Numbered from the whole stretch's first letter, positions 22,291 to 36,247 are shown. The stretch is DNA of 55,352 nucleotides, filler included, from Squatina squatina (GCA_031763465.1; 3 parts of 3 records of this genome joined end to end with filler, not necessarily neighbours in it), one strand, 5' to 3'. The notes: generated from the sequence alone by a model not told the origin. Numbers and translations: made by a program.

Positions 22291-25200
22291 CTGGCCTTTT
22301 TTTCCGCCGCCTTCCAATTTTGCTCACTATATTTCTGCTTTTCATTTCTAGCTTTGTTTCTCTCCCTTCTGAATCCCATCTCAGGTTCTCATCCCCCTGC
22401 ACATGTAAGGATGCAGGTTTTGGATCATAAGGCATGTGGTCTGCTTATAGATGCCACCTTTTCATTGTGAACACAAGATAGAAGTATTGGAAGAAAGCCT
22501 GAACTCTCGCTGGGAAGTTGCCGCAGATGTGNNNNNNNNNNAAGCATTCACAAAACAACCAACAGTAATTTGTATCCTCAGCTGAGTAACACATGGAACA
22601 ACTTGAGTGCTCGGATGCCAATGTTGGCCTCTATTTGGAACGGATATTTTTGTAGGTAATATCGATGGCACAGTGCCCTTCAACTATGCATAAGGAAAGG
22701 CAAAATGCAATTTGGGATGATTTGTGTTTTGTTGCTGTTGTCATTACCTTTTTCATGCAATCACAACCTAATATAAACCTTAGTTATTTGGAAGAAAAAA
22801 AGGTTTACGTGTTTGCGATTTTGAATAGATTTGACCCTGACTTATATTGACACAAGTGTTCTTAAGGTAAGTAAGAGCTTACTCCCAGTAAATCCCACTA
22901 GGTACTCTATTGTTTTACATAATTAGTCAAGTATAAAGCCACTTTTCATCAAAAGCTCAAGAGGGAAAATAAATCCATCAAGGTGACTTTTTGCAGTCTC
23001 AACAGAGAAGTCTCTGACATGACACATCACCATCGGCACCTTGATTGACAGGCCTGGTTCTAATCTTGCATTCTGTGTGCAGAGGTAGCTCTCCAATATA
23101 ACTTACATCGATCACCTGCCAATGTGATTTGGCTGCCTTAGAAATCTTGATTTTATACCAAAAGCCTCCAGAATCAAGAGCCAATTTTATTATTTGCTCC
23201 TGTAATACTGGTTTTTCACAAGATGCACAATTCAAAGTTTGCACTTTTAATAAAAAAATATTCCAGCAACCTACCAATTGTGCACCTCTAACTATCACAC
23301 ACAAAAGTGGGTTAGAGATGCTTTAAATAAGCTTGGCTAATCTGCATGCTGGAGGCAGACTGCACTGCAAGCTGATTATATCAGGCTAAATCAACAAGAG
23401 GCCACCTTCATAGAAATCAAACAGTCTCTGCATCTACCTCAGTCAGCACCTGCCAATGTGCATGTTGCCTTATACACCTTAACTCTTGCAATCTACTTTG
23501 GCCTGTAGCCTTAAGGCAAAGGCTCGTAGGGTAATCAACTGTATTCCTATGCTCAACAGCGGAGGCATTAACGGTTTCCGCTCGAGCAGCAAGACAACTT
23601 TAAACCAGCCTTTCATTCATTTAAGGAAATATTATCCCAACAACAAGGAAAATAAGTAGGACATTGTGTGAATGCAGAATGTGGGTCATTAATAGATTAT
23701 GAGAAGCTGTTTTTGGCAAGCGGTTGGAATTATTGCAGCACTGTGGGAGTGCATTTGTAAATAGGGGAGTCTTACCTTTCATAAAAGTGAAAAAATTGAA
23801 CCCAGTTAAAAAGAATTATGATCAAATTTGGCATTATAAATTTTTGGGGGCAATGACTATAAATGACACCAGTGACAAGCTTGCAACATCATGGAACTAA
23901 ATTTTCATACAATTGAAGTNNNNNNNNNNNNNNNNNNNNNNNNNNNNNNNNNNNNNNNNNNNNNNNNNNNNNNNNNNNNNNNNNNNNNNNNNNNNNNNNN
24001 NNNNNNNNNNNNNNNNNNNTTTGAAATTGAAAAAAATATTAAACAATAAAGGCATAGCACCTAAATGAGATTTGGGCAGGAAGTCCATTTTTAGCAAGTT
24101 TTTACTGACTGCAATTCGTGGTTGTTTCGATTATGCTCATTTCATCGATCGTGCTCATTTCAATCTGCCACGATATGACTGTACGTAGTTCTCAGCAGTA
24201 AGCGTCAGTGTTTTCCCCCTCTATCCTCAGGTGGTATTTAATTAAATACACACAGTGAACTGGTGTAACAATATTTCACTTTCAATTCAAGCTCACTTAC
24301 CACTTTATCAGATACAAAGTTCACAAAACATTAAGCTTGACTGAGAAACAACTGCTTACTCATTAAAGTCCATTACCATTAAATAGAAAGATGCTTAATA
24401 CTGTGAGAGCCCTGGTGGGAAATTGGAGGAGCATGGTCAAATGCCAAGGTGCTGGGAATACCACAGCAATAATATGTGTGTCCATACCTATAAACACAGT
24501 TATCAAACTAAAGCTCACGTTCACTGTTGTTCTGTATCATGCAGGTACTGCATAAGGGGTTGTTCTTAGCTAGTCAGGGCTCAGTGAAAGAATTATTGCA
24601 AGGGCTTTCTAAAAATAGTTCTATGCACTGCTTTGAATTAAACATGAAAAAGTAATTTTCCTCACACCAATTTGCAATACCTGCAATTCATAATTTGGCG
24701 AGATGCTAATCAAGCAGATTATGCATCCCAACCCGAGGAAAGAAAATGCAAGGGCAAGTCAAATTGATAATTTGGTTTATATAGATTATGGAAAAGTCCA
24801 CATTTGAAATAGCTTTTACGCCCATTGACTAAGCTAGGTCATAGTGTGAAGTTCCAGGCAGCATTTCAAAATGACATAAATGGATTGATGAAGGTTCAAA
24901 AAAGTGATTCAGATAATTTAGGTTTATAAAAGAATGATGTTGTTTTTAAGTGAAAGGAAACAGAATGTTGCAGGAATGGATAGCATAGATGCAAGCATGT
25001 TATTTAATTTGTATTGTGAGAATTAGAGGACACAAGTATAAAATTTACTCGCTTCAAGCAAGACTCTAGTTTGAGGATACAAAATAATACTGTGTCACTT
25101 AACATTTAAAGAACTGGATAAATAGTTGGTTAGGAACATGACTGTGGCTTATAAAAGGTCATGATGAAATACAGGGGATTATAATTATAATTATGTATCC

Positions 25201-27025
25201 TATCACCACAAAAGAAGACTGAAGGTTTGATTTGCTTCAAGATTGATAATTCAGTCAGGTTATGTAAAAAAAAATGAGTCGAGCAAAATATCAATCATAC
25301 ATCATCTTTATAAACTTATAAAATTTAGAACTGTTTTATCCTGAGATCCTTCAGTCTCCTTAAGCACTGCCAGTGGATTGAGGTACTCAGCACAGGGCAA
25401 CAGGCAGCAATACTGATGTAGCAAGAAAGACCAGTCTGCCCAAAATAAACATTTTAAGATACTTGAGATTTTAACTTATGATTTTTGCCCTGAGAAGGCA
25501 ATATAATACACTTTACCAGAATCTTATTTGTAAAGAAAGTGANNNNNNNNNNNNNNNNNNNNNNNNNNNNNNNNNNNNNNNNNNNNNNNNNNNNNNNNNN
25601 NNNNNNNNNNNNNNNNNNNNNNNNNNNNNNNNNNNNNNNNNNTTTGTGATGCCTCGGCACTTCTCACAAAGAGGAGCATAAGATCTAATTAACAGCCAAA
25701 GCCTCCAAGGACAAGCTTTTCTCTTTGTCAGCACCATACATTTAAATGGAGTCCATTTGCAAATACATGATTGTGTACAGTTTCTTCACTCGCTGCACCT
25801 CCAGAAAATGGTACAAGTTATACACACACTCCTTCACTGCAGATCAGATTATGGGATTGAAGCCCTTTTTCTAAACAATGGGGCGCCACCATGCACAAGG
25901 TCAAAAGTTCAGAATAGAAATGGGCAAATAGCACAGGAGAAAATAATAACCTGCTTTGCAGCATTCTCCCAATAGTATCTAAAGAAAGCATTGGCAGCAC
26001 TATATGAAGTCTATAGAGTAATGTTAGTTCAATAATAAAAAAAACACTGGGCTTGGGGGCAGAGGTGTAATTTGTAATTTTTGGACAATAAAAGAGCTAC
26101 TGTTGCCTGAGAGCAAATTGGCCTTCAAGTGCATTAGTAATGTGAATTGTATATGTTAATGCATAATAGGTTCGTACATGCTTGTCAATAATGCCACAAG
26201 GATGGATGGAGGTTACTCGGAGCTCACTGTAAGCTTAGTGATGCAGATTGTTAGAAAAACCCATCTGGTTAATGGATATTAATGACCAAAATCGAGAAAA
26301 GGGGAAAAACACTTGGAAAGAAATGGTTTCTCATTTAGTGTAGCCTGACTGAATGAGCAGAAAGAGAAAATGGAAAGTTCTGAATTAGACAGGCAATTTT
26401 ACTATGCTGACATGGATACTTTGCTCTGTTACATATTATAATTGTAACTCTTTTAAGGTTTATGCTTGTAATCTGCTCTATTAATTGAAGACTGTCAGAC
26501 TACCACAGCCACTGATTTAAAATAATTTGAATAGACTCAACTGACACGGGATTACACCCAGTGTTATGTTAATGCCTTCTGAACATAATACAAAGCACAG
26601 AGCATTGTGTGATAATGACAGGACTTGCTGTTAGGACCAACCATCACATTAGTAAAGAAAGAAAACAAGGTTAATTAAAACACGCATGAGCTTCAAGGCT
26701 GTGTAAATACATTAATTTCCCATGTTAATCATCTGTCTTTACATTGGTTAACTAATGCCGCATTGCTATATTTTTGCTTTGCTTTCTTTTTTTAAATGCG
26801 CGGATGTAAGTTTGTATAAAGTAAAAATAAATAAAACTTTAAAGCAGTGAAATATTTTCCTGCAAAACATTGCTTCTGATCAGCCAAAAAATTATAAAGC
26901 AGGAACAGCACCTTGATCCCCAGTGTATAATTCTTCAGATTGATATGGGAAATTTTAACATTGTTCATATCATTATTAGCCAAGCAAAAATTAGCACCAA
27001 GCTGTTCCCTCCCACTATGACCTTG

Positions 27026-27250
27026 ATTAGACTGCACTTGGAGTACTGTGCTCAGTTCTGGTCTCCGCTTTACAAAAATGGATATAGCACTGGAGGAAGT
27101 GCGAGAAAGATTTACAAGGATGATTCCAGAACTGAGAGGGTATACCTACCAGGAAAGACTGAACAAGCTCCAGGAAAGAGAAGACTGAGGGGTTACCTAA
27201 CAGATGTCTTTAAGCTAATGAAGGGGTTTAATAGGGTAGATGGAGAGAAG
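27026..27250 (+). mobile_element. CR1 LINE ORF2 fragment
   Basis: IRLHLEYCAQFWSPLY...KRRLRGYLTDVFKLMKGFNRVD. Confidence 0.85.
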
Positions 27251-27253
27251 ATC

Positions 27254-27388
27254 CATAAGACCATAAGAAACAGGAACAGGAGTTGGCCACTCGGCCCCTC
27301 GAGCCTGCTCCACCATTCAATAAGATCATGGCTGATCCGACGTTCCTCAAGTTCACTCTCCTGCCCTTTCCCCATAACCCTTGATTCC
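27254..27388 (-). mobile_element. CR1 3' UTR/tail
   Basis: CATAAGACCATAAGAAACAGGAACAGGAGTTGGCCACTCGGCCCCTCGAGCCTGCTCC, the reverse complement of the recurring CR1 tail. Confidence 0.85.
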
Positions 27389-28776
27389 NNNNNNNNNNNN
27401 NNNNNNNNNNNNNNNNNNNNNNNNNNNNNNNNNNNNNNNNNNNNNNNNNNNNNNNNNNNNNNNNNNNNNNNNNNNNNNNNNNNNNNNNCTGTGATTGTTA
27501 GAGATGTAGACAAAACCTACTTTATATTCCAAGTTCTTGCACACATCAAGGATCTCAAAACTGATTCAACCCTCATTTGTCACTTAACATTTGAAAGAAT
27601 ACATTCAGGTAAGATAATTGGAATGGAAAAAAAGCCTCCAAAAATCACCAACCTTGCATTAATTAACAATAAATTATCAATTTTTTTAAAAAAACATGGA
27701 AATCTTAATTGAAGTGGGTCTGATTGGTATATGGTTGGGAAAAAATATGCTCTTGGATGTTTGTATGGGCACATATCATTCTGTGCATGCAGAGGATGGA
27801 TGCAATAAGATAGCAGAGTATTGGTCCAATCTATCATCATACTGTGCTACATGAGGTGTAAAGGTGATACCCTGTGGGGAAACTTGAAGCTGGCATCATT
27901 CCTGGAGTCATTAAGGAGACTGTTGCTGCTTTTAGTGTTACTCCAAAAACTAGATGAAAACTTGTGCTTTTCACCTCTTCCCCAAGGTTGAAATAAGTTG
28001 CTCTCTTAACGACAGTACAATAAAGTCCAGGTTTTTCAATGAGATGTTTGTGGCAGCTTTCCCATTTCTACGTCTTGCTTCTTTTGAGGCTAAATCAATT
28101 CTCCTACCTGCTCAAGTGTGAGCAGGCACAAGTAAATCACAGGCCCTAATAGCATGTGTGCCATTTGGAGAGGATCAACCCAAAATATCCAAAGTTTTAC
28201 CTGGGAAAAAAAATAGCACAGATAAAAAGAAAAACTGAATGCTGTATATCTGCAATGAAAACAAAACAGCTGGAAACACACAGCAGGTGGGTCAGCATTT
28301 CAAAGAGAAAAAGACAGTTTAATAGGGTTCCTGCTTCCCCAGTGCGATGTTGCACTAACAGCTGGAGAACTAGAACTACAATAGAGCCCTTTCTCTGACC
28401 CAGGCTTCTAGTGAGTGTGAGTTATTGTCAAATGCTCCAGATTGCATGAGTTGCATGCTTCATCAGGAATTGGAGCTCTGATTAAGGTTCCCACCTAAAA
28501 TGTTAACCTATCTTTCTCTTTCCTATANNNNNNNNNNNNNNNNNNNNNNNNNNNNNNNNNNNNNNNNNNNNNNNNNNNNNNNNNNNNNNNNNNNNNNNNN
28601 NNNNNNNNNNNNNNNNNNNNNNNNNNNGCTTCATTAGCGCTGACACGTTGCACTGACCAGGAAATGAGGCAAAGACCCCAATTCCGGGGCAGAAGACATC
28701 GCCGCGGGGCCAGTGAAAAAACACCTAGCCTTGGACCAATGCAGCAGCCGGTTTTGGCGCTGTCAAATTGGGGCCC

Positions 28777-29160
28777 CATTGTGTCCTCCTCACAATTTGT
28801 TTTCCCACCTCTCTTTTTATCGTCAGCAAAGTTTGCTTTCTTTATCCAAGTCATTAGTATAGATTTTAAATAGTTGAGGCCCCAGCACTGATCCCTGTGG
28901 CACTCCACTATTTACAGATTCCTATCCTGAAAATAACCCATTTATCCCGACTCTCTGTTTTCTGTTAGTTAGCCAATCCTCTCTCCATGCCAATATGTTA
29001 CCCCGAACATCATGAGCTCTTGTGCAGCAACCTTTTATGTGGCACCTTATCGAATGCCTTTTGAAAATCCAAATATACTACATCTACTGGTTCCCCTTTA
29101 TCCACCATGCTCGCTACTTCCTCAAAGAACTCTGATAAATTGGTTGAACACGATTTTCTT
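28777..29160 (-). mobile_element. CR1 LINE RT-domain fragment
   Basis: Reverse complement encodes VDVVYLDFQKAFDKVPHKRLL...WLTNRKQRVGING...SGVPQGSVLGPQLF..ANFADD (RT core). Confidence 0.9.
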
Positions 29161-29174
29161 AATATGACCTAATA

Positions 29175-29532
29175 TGCAGAAATTTGAAAGGGTTGATGTT
29201 AAGAAAATGTTTCTGATTGTGAAGGAATGCAAAACTGTGGGTCATAAGCGTAAGATAGTCATGAATAAATCCAATAAGGCATTCAAGAGAATCTTCTTTG
29301 CTCAGAGAGTGGTGAGAATGTGGAACTCACTATCACAGCGAGTAGTTCAGGCAAATAGCATAGATGCATTTAAGGGGAAGCTAGATAAGGACATGAGGGG
29401 GAAAGGAATAGAAAGTTATGCTGATAGGATGAGATGAAGTAGGGTGGGAGGAAGCTTGTGTGGAGTATAAACACTGCATGGACCAGTTGGGTTGAATGGC
29501 CTGATTCTATGCTGTATATTCGATATAATTCT
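29175..29532 (+). mobile_element. CR1 LINE 3' end (older subfamily)
   Basis: FERVDVKKMF...GHKRKIV...IFFAQRVVRMWNSLSQRVVQANSIDAFKGKLD plus 3' UTR; homologous to 35140-35497. Confidence 0.88.
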
Positions 29533-32307
29533 AAGTAATGTTAACATCTGCCCAATTTGTGATCCCCAAATTTTCCATCATTTACTGTAACGGATTGAAA
29601 ATCACACTCCCTAAATTGGGTGATTGCCTTAATTCTGAGTATGTGCTCCCAACCTTTGAAACTCCGCATTATTTAATTATGGTAAATTTCTTACCTAGGC
29701 TGATGCTATTTGGGATGGGGGGAGAAGGCTGGAGGCATCAGGTGGAAGCCAGATGCTTCCCCACTGAGCACTGAATAACAAGACACCTCACTCTGCTCTC
29801 CCGCAACGTGTAGTAACTGGTTATTGGAGTGGCCTCAGCAGAGAACTGGAAACAGAATGTTACTTCTACACAAAAGAGGAGAAGCTATATTGAACCTTAG
29901 ATGTTGCAAAGGAAGGAAAGAGAAATGAACGAGTGTTAAGAAGGAAAATATTATGTTTATCCGAGGCAGTAATGAGAGGCGCTTGTCACTTCTGGCTGTT
30001 GAAGAAAAAGGAATTCACGAGGTTTCTCAATGCGCTACGTGGCAAAGTAGTTCCATCTGTATTTGCAACAGCATGAAAACGATTTCCCCATTAGTGTGGG
30101 AAATGGCTTTAAATGATAATGAAGTCTGTCGGAGCAGCAGAGGGGGATGCGGGGGAGGCGAGAGAAGCTGGAATGAAAAGATGCCTCATTAATGAATACA
30201 AACAGCAACACACATTGTGCTTCTGCCGGGCTGCTGCGGAATTCAGACAGGAGTTGCATAGCAAAGTTTACACAGGTCGCTGCGCACTAGGAAAGTGGGA
30301 CAGAGCAGCAGCTCTGTGCAGCGAGAGGAAGGTAGTCAACTCCTATTCTCTCTTATTCCACCCCCACAGACAAACAGACTGTGGATTATTCCTCAGAATC
30401 AAATCAGATACAGAAGTAAGATTTTAATCAGCATCAAAACAATGCAGTTTCGAGTTGGTAACTGAAGGGAATGGACTTCCCACCCCCAAGTGTTGCTACT
30501 TTCATTCCTGCATCAATTTATGCATCAGTGGACTTTCTGTATTTAATAGTCTGAGCAATAAAAAGAAGCATATAATTGCTATGGCACTTGTACGTGCAGC
30601 CACTGCAATCTGCTGCACGATTAAACAAAATTTTAAAAAGTCGAGATTAAAAAGAAAACACCATGAACGCAGTTTTCTGATGCAAGGTCACACGTATTTC
30701 AAACATGAACTTATCTTTTTCTTTCAGATACTGGTTGGCTCGCTCTGCACGGGCAGCATTTTCTGTTTTATTGTCCTTTAGGCCAACAATCAAAAAAACT
30801 GTTTCAATAAAGAATGATCCGGAACAAAGCAATCCCAGCCAATGTTATTGTAAATGCCACTTGTTACTTTGGGAAGTAAATTTGAATTCAGTACATCTGT
30901 TGACAGGTTCCATATCTGTGTTAATAGCATGTATTATGGTAATCAGATTTGCCCACTTTCCTTTGTGACTCAAATTGTATTTTTTATCATTCTAAAAGTG
31001 TATTTTCACTAAAATTCTATTTCAGACCCTTGAACCCAAAACCTGAAAAGTTTGCACCGAGTTAAAGATGCATTGGCGGAATTGTACAGCGTTTTTATTG
31101 TGCGTGTGGAAGCCTTTCCTAAATTCTTTTGAAAGCAACATCATTGCATTTGTGTGCGTGTGTGTGCCGGGGGTGGAGGGTGATGTGACATGGAACAGGA
31201 TTGGGTTTTCATGTTGTGCTATTGGTGATGAGATCAGTGCTGACAAACATTGTTTCCTACCTTCTTTGATAGCACAAGGCTCTATGTTTTCCTTTTAAAC
31301 TAGAAAAAAAGGCCATCATTTTCTGTTAGTGTCATTAAAAAATGTACATATAAGTGTCTATACATATATATATATATATAATAAATATAATCAGTTACCT
31401 CAGCTTTAAGATGGACCATTTTCATGTAAAACAAACCCTCCATTGTGTTCTGGCTAACAACAAGAGGACATTGAATACAGACTTTGAGGCAAGTGTTCAA
31501 GCAGGAAATGCAGTTGCCAAGTTTGGATGTTGATTCAATGGCTGTTTATAACAGAAGATTTAGGAACTGTGGAGCTGTGAGCTTGAATCTAAAGTGGAAC
31601 GCTGTTTTAGAAAGACAGAGATATAACTATTTCCATTAGGAAGGGATTGGTGCTTTCAGCGAAGGGTTGAATCATGGCTTCAATAGCCAGCCACTCAAGC
31701 AGTCAAAATATAATTGATGCTTTGACTGGTGTGGAAAACCCCCAGTGATTTCAGTCATTCTCCAAGATATAACTGAACAATTTTCAGAGGAGAACATCGT
31801 CTACTTTGGCTCATCTTCGACAATGGAGTGCATTTTCTCACTGGAATGAGAGAAACCAGCCAAATTCTAAGAGCATTTTTTCTTGACTCAAACCCAATGT
31901 ACCAAATGCCAGAATTAAGCCTTGGAAAACCTCATTCCCTCCCCCAGCTCTATTGCTACATTCATGGCCTGACCTGGACGATGATTCCTATACACAGCTG
32001 TTCCTAATCCCCAGGTTTTATCAGCACCAGCAGCAAGTCTCATTCTCCAACACAATGAAATATTACAAGATGAGTCTGAAAGCTCTAGGGACTTTAACAC
32101 GTCAAGGGTGGGGAGGAGAACTTACTTGACTTTGGCCATTGACCTGGATTTACACCGATTGCTAATTGGCATTGCAACCCTGTAATGCCACTGCAGATGT
32201 CACTTGAGTAAGTAAAGACAAAGGTTGCAACAGGAAAATAAAGAAACACAATACACTGATAAAAACTAGGTAAGGCATTCCGAGGCTTGGTGAGAAATTT
32301 AATAAGG

Positions 32308-32503
32308 CTTGCATTTCTATAGCACCTTTCACGATTTCAGGGCAACCCGAAGCGCTTTACAGTCAATGAAGTACTTTGGAAGTGTAGTCACTGTTGTAAT
32401 GTAGGAAACGTGGCAGCCATTCTGTACACAGCAAAATCTCACCAACAGCTATGAGATAAGTGACCAGATAATCTGTTTTTTAGTGATGTTGGTTGAGGGA
32501 TAA
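32308..32503 (-). mobile_element. DeuSINE/SacSINE1-like 3' half
   Basis: Homologous to 4126-4323. A further Deu-domain piece lies at 32788-32880. Confidence 0.8.
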
Positions 32504-33889
32504 ATGTCGTTCAAAATTTACCAGCACCTTGAAATTTCAACCACTTTGGAGCGAGCTCTGATATTGATATTTCTCAAGTTACCAGATTCCAATGATGTCT
32601 CAGTGAGTAACTACAGTAGCCAGTGTTTGATGCTGAGTCATACAGAATCAAAAGGTCCCAGATTTGAACCCCAAGGGCGTTGGGGTGNNNNNNNNNNNNN
32701 NNNNNNNNNNNNNNNNNNNNNNNNNNNNNNNNNNNNNNNNNNNNNNNNNNNNNNNNNNNNNNNNNNNNNNNNNNNNNNNNNNNNNNNAGGACACAGGGGG
32801 GGGAAAACGCCCACAGCTCTTCTTTGAATGGTATCATGGGATCTTTTCGGCCTCAGTTTAATGCCTCATCCGAAAGATGAACTTTAACTCAAAGATTCAG
32901 GATTGCCACTCACTCTCATGTTGGTGATTCAGTAGCCAATGCTCGCTGTTGCCAAAGAGTGTCACTAAGATCTCTTGTGGTCTCTTGAGATATGGTATTC
33001 TACTGGCAGGGGGCCTCTTCATTGTCTGAACAATGTTCGCAGATTTTGGATTAGTGTTCATTAATGTGTGATATGGACTGGAGTCAGTGAAGCAAACACA
33101 AAAGTACTTTGGGGAGGCTGTTTGAAAGGCGGCAGTCAGAACACCACTGCAAGGATGTGACAGCGATTATTCTAACGCACCCATAGTGTCATGCGCTGAT
33201 GGCTAGAATGAATCTGTGCATTCGCAGTCACTTGTGCCAAATACATGTGAGAAATTCCTTAAAAGAGGAGACAATATAGTCCTGTCCGAAGACATTCAGT
33301 CATCCTGCCAGTATTTCTTTGGTGCAAGTGAAGCAGGGACGAGGAGGCAGTTCTCAGGACTGAAGTGGATACTGTCGCTGAGCCTTAGGCCACAGGTGAT
33401 TTCATGTATCCTTGCCATTACCTAAGAATACACAAAGGCTTCAGTTTCGCTTGAATTCGCACTTATTTTGATCTCATTAGTTACATCACATTTTGATACA
33501 ATGAGCTATTTGTTGAACAGATGCATTTGTATGCTGTGTGTTACGTGAAGTGTCACATTGCTCAGTTGCATGCATGAGTGCATTTGTAGGGTTCCTTTTG
33601 ATAACTGCAGACAAGTTGTTTGGACTCTGTTAAAGCTGCNNNNNNNNNNNNNNNNNNNNNNNNNNNNNNNNNNNNNNNNNNNNNNNNNNNNNNNNNNNNN
33701 NNNNNNNNNNNNNNNNNNNNNNNNNNNNNNNNNNNNNNNGTATTTCTCCAATTCCATTTTGAGAGTTACTGTGGAATCTGCTTCCACCGCCCTTTCAGGC
33801 AGTGCAGACCCATAAATTTTTGATATCAGGCTTTGCTTTATCCTGATCAAGAGTTTAATCATCTTGCTATTTTATTTGTTAATATAAAG

Positions 33890-34139
33890 GGCCCACCGGG
33901 TGAGGTCATCCAGCCTCTGCCAATCCGAACACCCAAGAAGACACGCCGATCTTCCGATGGGATGCAGGCTGACGCTAGGGACAATATCCTGGATTATGCT
34001 GAAGGGATGGAGGATCTCTTTGGCTCTCTTGACAACTTGAAAATGGACGTTGATCGAATGAAAAACCCGATGGGCACACAAAGCAACCCAGCTCGGACCT
34101 GCAAGGACCTCCAGCTCTGCCATCCTGACTTCCCAGATG
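33890..34139 (+). CDS. COL11A1: Collagen alpha-1(XI) internal exon: end of triple helix, C-telopeptide and start of the C-propeptide (COLFI)
   Basis: AG acceptor at 33888-33889 and GTAAGT donor at 34140. Encodes [83 protein letters not shown](G). KKTRR..GMQADA.DNILDY and PMGTQ match COL11A1 rather than COL5A1, and the basic convertase site is retained. Confidence 0.93.
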
Positions 34140-34147
34140 GTAAGTGA

Positions 34148-34364
34148 GGGGACGCCACCGAATTTCTCTTCTGGGGCAGTAACCGGACACTGCGCATGGT
34201 GATGTTGTCATCATTACCGGGCACAGCCGAGCGGGGTGCTACCTCTTAGCGCCTCTGAAAAACCCCAGGCCAATTTCGCGGGGGGTGCTATTCTCGCCAC
34301 GCCTGGGTGAAAATCCATTTGCGCCCCGTTAACGGGAGGTGCAACTTACCCGAATTTCACCCCC
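34148..34364. mobile_element. GC-rich MITE-like element immediately 3' of the COL11A1 donor
   Basis: CpG-rich island ending GAATTTCACCCC. It shares words (CGCCCCGTTA, GGGGTGCTA) with the element at 46087-46255. Confidence 0.55.
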
Positions 34365-35139
34365 TTCATTCTGGCACATTGCACCAGCCACATATTTAAT
34401 TCAGTAAGCTCTGGTATACATGCATGATGATAGTGTCTTGTATTTTATAGTGCACCAAGTTCATTAAAGATTGATCTGCAGTAATCTTACCTAAATATAT
34501 ATTTCACAAAGACATACGGGCTTTGTGTAATAGAATTAAAACTAGATCGTAATTATTAATATTTAGGTGTAAATTAAGTCCAATTAGTTTATTGTTAAGA
34601 TGCAATGGCCTAAATATCATTCTCTTCCTCAGGCAAAAATTGCTCTGTACTTTAGTGGTAATTTGTAGTAATTTTGTTTTGTTTGCAATAGCTGCACAGT
34701 TATTATTTCTCTGGCATAGCTTTTGATGTTTGTAAAGCAGTGTTATACACATTAACACCGATCTGGAATCTGAAAGTCACTTGCTTGCTTGTCAGCAAAC
34801 AAATGAAGAGGTTAACGAGAAAGCCCTAAAGCTTTCCTTTTGATGGAGAATGCATATACGATGTCTGTTCCAGAGCTGGCATGAGAGCACAGGGCAGGAT
34901 AGGGAAGGTAAGTAGAGTGACCTTAAAACAAAGGCAAAGCCAGCATGTGGTACTGCAGTGACAAGTGGCACGCAGAATGCAGTAAGCTGCATAAGTGTCC
35001 TGATGGGTAAGTTGCCCACATGCTGCGAATTAAAAGGGCACGTTACACCGATGACAGAGCCATTAGTTATATCTCTGTGCTACAGCAGATCTGAGTATGA
35101 GAGGGCGGAGCCACAGTTAAAATATGAGCCTTGCATTGT

Positions 35140-35497
35140 GACTGATCAGCAGTCCCCAGAATGGGCTGGGGCTCTTTTCTCTAGAAAAGGGAAGGCTTGA
35201 GAGGTCTTCAAAATTATGAAGGGATTTGATAGGATAGACATAGAGTAGATGTTTCTGCTTGTGGGAGAGTCCAATACTAGGGACCATAAATATAAGATGA
35301 TCACTAATAAATCAAATGTTGAACTTGCTACCACATGAAGTGGTTGAGGCAAAAAGCATAGATGCATTTACGGGGAAGCAGAATGAGTACACGAGGGAGA
35401 ACGGAATAGAAGGCAATGCTGTTAGGGTGAGATAAAGTAGGGTGGGAAGAAGCTCCTCTGGAGCATAAACACCAGCACGGAGCAGTTGAGCCGAATG
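35140..35497 (+). mobile_element. CR1 LINE 3' end
   Basis: LGLFSLEK...EVFKIMKGFDRID..MFLLVGESNTRDHKYKM plus 3' UTR. Confidence 0.85.
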
Positions 35498-35881
35498 NNN
35501 NNNNNNNNNNNNNNNNNNNNNNNNNNNNNNNNNNNNNNNNNNNNNNNNNNNNNNNNNNNNNNNNNNNNNNNNNNNNNNNNNNNNNNNNNNNNNNNNNAAT
35601 TATTGAAGTTTAAATCATTCTATGAGCTTACAATTCCGAGAGCATAAGTGCGAAGCAAATGAATATGCATAAGAGTGCCAGCATAAGCATGAAGAAAAGT
35701 TTATTAATATTAAATGCTATTTAATACAGATTTATTTCAATACAGACTTAAATGCTAACTGCAAGAGGATTTACAGCTGAAAACTCTTTAATGCCTCAAC
35801 TTTAATTGTTAAACCAAGAACTAATGCTACAAAATATGACAATAACTTTATATGCACCCAATCCAAGAAGGACACAGTGAG

Positions 35882-36038
35882 CAATGTTTCCTCTAGTTTG
35901 TTTTTTGGGCCACACAGCCCCTTTAACGGCTGTGCGGCCCATTCAAAATTCCGCAGAAGCGAGGTTTTTCCATTTAAGAGCCGGTGAGCTGGCTGCGAGG
36001 GAGCTCCAGAGTGGCCGTGCAGCTTAAAGGAAACATTG
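35882..36038. mobile_element. 157-bp hAT-type MITE, copy 1
   Basis: TIRs CAATGTTTCCTCTA / TAAAGGAAACATTG. Flanking 8-mers ACAGTGAG / CCTGTGAG (6 of 8) fit a decayed 8-bp TSD. Confidence 0.82.
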
Positions 36039-36040
36039 CC

Positions 36041-36247
36041 TGTGAGTAACCCGGTTTTAAATGGCTGAAAATAACTTTTTTTTTTAAATATACAAAAGCA
36101 TTTCCTAGTTAGATTGGGGTACAGTCGTCAATTCCTTACTAATGCTTTTTTTGAATTACATTCCTCACCTTTTAAAATATTCCTATTGGTGTCCTTGCGC
36201 ACAAAAGAACCAGTTTAATTCGTAGTGCCTCCTCGAAGGCCCCGCAA
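36041..36247 (+). repeat. Unclassified interspersed repeat, also present at about 52460-52642
   Basis: Shared blocks AATG(G/A)CTGAAAAT...CTAGTTA(G/T)ATTGGG...GTC(C/T)TTG(C/T)GC(A/C)CAAAA...GCCTCCTCGAAG(G/A)CC(C/T)GCAA. Confidence 0.65.

Noticed and set aside
26870-27712. Longest ORF in the track (280 aa)
   Set aside because: Chimera of unique DNA, a forward CR1 fragment, a reverse CR1 tail and a 100-N gap; not a gene.
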